Under the pieces are notes generated by a model. The model made no database searches, was not told where the DNA came from, and worked only from the letters and a program-made list of their open reading frames with translations. Position numbers and translations under genes: made by a program. A stretch of DNA of 64,000 bases from Klebsormidium nitens (lineage: Eukaryota; Plantae; Klebsormidiophyceae), in NCBI GenBank assembly GCA_000708835.1, contig DF237206.1, positions 1 through 64,000 of the forward strand. The letters are read 5' to 3'. How positions within the stretch are numbered: position 1 is the first letter of the stretch; every line of letters begins with the position of its first letter. Shown in pieces: positions 61,562 through 64,000 of this stretch.

Positions 61562-64000
61562 TCACTTTTGGAAGTCACTCACTCTTAGCGAGCCTAGCCA
61601 ACTCTCAAGATCGTTTGCGGACAGCAGATCGCCTACAAAATTCCCAGCGCTTTTGCTGGGTTTCCCTCCTGTCAAAGCTTCCTGCCCCTCATTTGAAGAG
61701 GCCGCGTCCTTAGGAAGCAATTTCTGTTCCGTTCCGCCGTCATAGGCGCCATTCGCGGTCCGACCTTGCCGTACAACATTGGGATCCGACGACTGCCCTG
61801 AATCTAAGCTTCGCTCCAGGAACGAAGCACGCACGGACGGTTCCACACCCTCCTCTTTGGATCCATGACCAGCTTCGGACGTAGGGTACCCTTCGCTTTC
61901 GGACGCACCACTCCCGGAACCCGAATCCCCGTCCGAAGACTCGTAACTCCCGCTATACTCCGAGCTCTCGCTGCGCAACTCATCCGAAACTTGTCGCGTT
62001 TCTCCTACCATCTCGCTCCCGTCTTTCCCGTCCGTTCCGATTCCGTAAGCCTCGCGCGGCGCCCCAATCTCCGGCAAAGCTTGGTACCCCGGGGCAGTAT
62101 GGTTCGCCTCGTGGGACATGGTTCCAACCAAAAACGCGGACCGGTCGGGAGCAATCTCCGGGGGCCTCGAGGCGGGTTTCGGCCGGAGCAACAAGTTCCG
62201 GACCACTTCTTGGTCCGCTAACCGGTCTTGGTCATCGTTAACCCTGCCACTAACCTGGCCCCTGAAATCCTGGTCATTCTCTTTCCCATCGGATCCTAAG
62301 CCTGCGCCCAGCTCCAAAGGCTGTTTCTCAATCTCGGACGACGCCGTCGGGGGAGGTTGGGATTCGCTAGGGGTGCGCTCAGTCGGAAAGGCTAAGTCGT
62401 GCGCGTTTAAAAGGCGCCGGAGAAAGCGGGCCCTGTCCCGAATGTCGACGCTGCTGTCGTACTTGGCAAGGGTGAACGCGTGGTGCAAGAGGAGCCGTTC
62501 GTGGGGCCTCTGCCCTTCCGATAGGCTGAGCCAGTACTTTGAGGCGAGCTCCAGAACCTGCAAAGCGAAACCGGAACATCGGGTCACTTTCCGTTGAGAT
62601 GCCCAGATCCAGGCGTGGTTCCAATCATCCCAGAAGAAGAGCTAAGATCATGCCGAAAGAATACTTGCGAGGGAACGTCGAATTCCTCGAGGCTCTCCAC
62701 AGTCGTGTTGCATTAATAAGAAGGAAAGAAGAAAAGGAAAGCAGAAAAGGGCAGAACAGAAAAGGGCAGAAAACGTTCTCTGAGAGATTTCTGAGATTCT
62801 ACAGTGGGCTTGACTCATTCGTGGCGCAAGCTAGCTGTAAATCCTTGGCTCCTCGAACCAGTAAACAGCCGGCCGTGCACTCTTTTCATTCTGCAAGAAA
62901 CGGCTTCATCTTGGGCTTTCGGAAGACGCGTCTTGCGTGATTCTCAGCGTGATGAAAGTGATTCGGTTGGCCACAGCAACCGTGGGAAGTCGAGCTTGAC
63001 AGAATGTAATCAGACGAACTGCTCAGAAAGCAATCTCTTCCATCACCAATCAATTCAAGCACAGCAGCAGCCCGAGTCGCGCTGGCAACGAGATGATCGA
63101 AGTAGCGTCACAACCGTTCATTCTTCGAATAAAGGAGGAACTTGCAAAACGCACAAGAGGTGCAGATTTTCATTCAACCGAGCAATTATTTCTTATCTTG
63201 CACGCCAACGATCGGGCTAAACTGTCACTCTATGAGTTGAACGATGTCGACGGGAACGGTTCCACGTCCCTTAATCTCAAACAATTGTTGATCTTCCTTT
63301 TCGAAATCTCGATTTGGAGAACTTTCGGAGCATCATGACACGTTGACACGTAACAGCAAGTCCTCACCGCCAGCTTAACCACGTCCTCTTCGGCGGCAAA
63401 TCTCCCGACCACAAACCTTAGAACCACGGGCGTAACCCGCTCCCAAACCCCTTCCCGTCCGCACAGATCCGCCAGGAGCGCCAAAACCGCCGCTCGCGCT
63501 TCCGAAACCTCGATTCGTTCGAGGCCGGTAACCAGCTCCACAGCCGCAAAATCGAACTCCTCCGGACGGGTCCGGATCAGCCCGCACAGTACGGACACGC
63601 TCTCGGACACCACGAGTTCGTTTCCCGGGGGGCTGCCGAGCGCTGTCCGCGTCTGGGAAACGGACCCCCCCAGCGGGGCAGATGCGGCTGAGACGATCCC
63701 CGCCCGAGAGGCGTTCTGTAACATCGAGTGCGGTGCGTTTCCCAACGGAGCTTCCGTTCTTTGCGACGCATCCGTTCCGCTGCCTTTCGACGGAACACTT
63801 GGAACAGCGCCCCCCGGTTCACTTCTTCCGGCCGAGCTCGCCTCGCCGTTCCGTTCCGTTTCCCCCTGCCCCTCAGCGGACTCGCTCCGTCCGGAGCCGG
63901 ACGGACGGTCCGTACCGGTCGCCTTTTGCTCTCCGGACAGAGCCAGACTTAGTAGGCCCCGTACGCACCGGACTGCAACGGTGGGTACCTGGCGGGCCAG
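61562..64000 (-). CDS. AP3B: AP-3 complex subunit beta, 3' part (continues beyond the window)
   Basis: ERIEVSEARAAV..VTPVVLRFVVGRFAAEEDVVKL, AKYDSSVDIRDRARFLRRLL, FLVGTMSH..PGYQALP, S/E/G-rich hinge, DLESWL. Confidence 0.85.

Overview
Eukaryotic, intron-rich nuclear DNA (GT-AG introns, GC-rich exons, three N gaps). The gene set (APO, CHX, URGT-type transporter, AP-3 beta) points to a streptophyte, probably a charophyte alga such as Klebsormidium (inference). Positions 1-8.7 kb hold a decayed tyrosine-recombinase (DIRS/PAT-like) retrotransposon: a putative gag exon, then RT-RNaseH-N6-adenine-methyltransferase on +, and a convergent YR gene on -. Both of its transcription units appear to be spliced, and a 12-bp perfect inverted repeat lies just beyond the YR start. 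Host genes follow: a two-domain APO RNA-binding protein with a ~465 aa acidic linker (+); a secreted K/R/D/E polyampholyte precursor with repeated R-x-L-L motifs (+); a TBC1D15/GYP7-like Rab-GAP (-); a small orphan exon (+); a START/polyketide-cyclase protein (-); a URGT-like nucleotide-sugar transporter (+); a frameshifted intronless F-box/LRR gene (+); a plastid-type J-domain protein (-); a CHX cation/H+ antiporter (+); and the 3' part of AP-3 beta (-). The most striking unexplained pattern is at least six intronic 'echoes': diverged copies of an exon edge plus its splice site, 123-179 nt from the real junction, in four unrelated genes. All would give unproductive transcripts if used. The divergent DnaJ/CHX promoter carries 11 GTAC cores and a tandem G-box. 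Gene models were read by eye, so exon boundaries are predictions. No rRNA, tRNA or CRISPR was seen.
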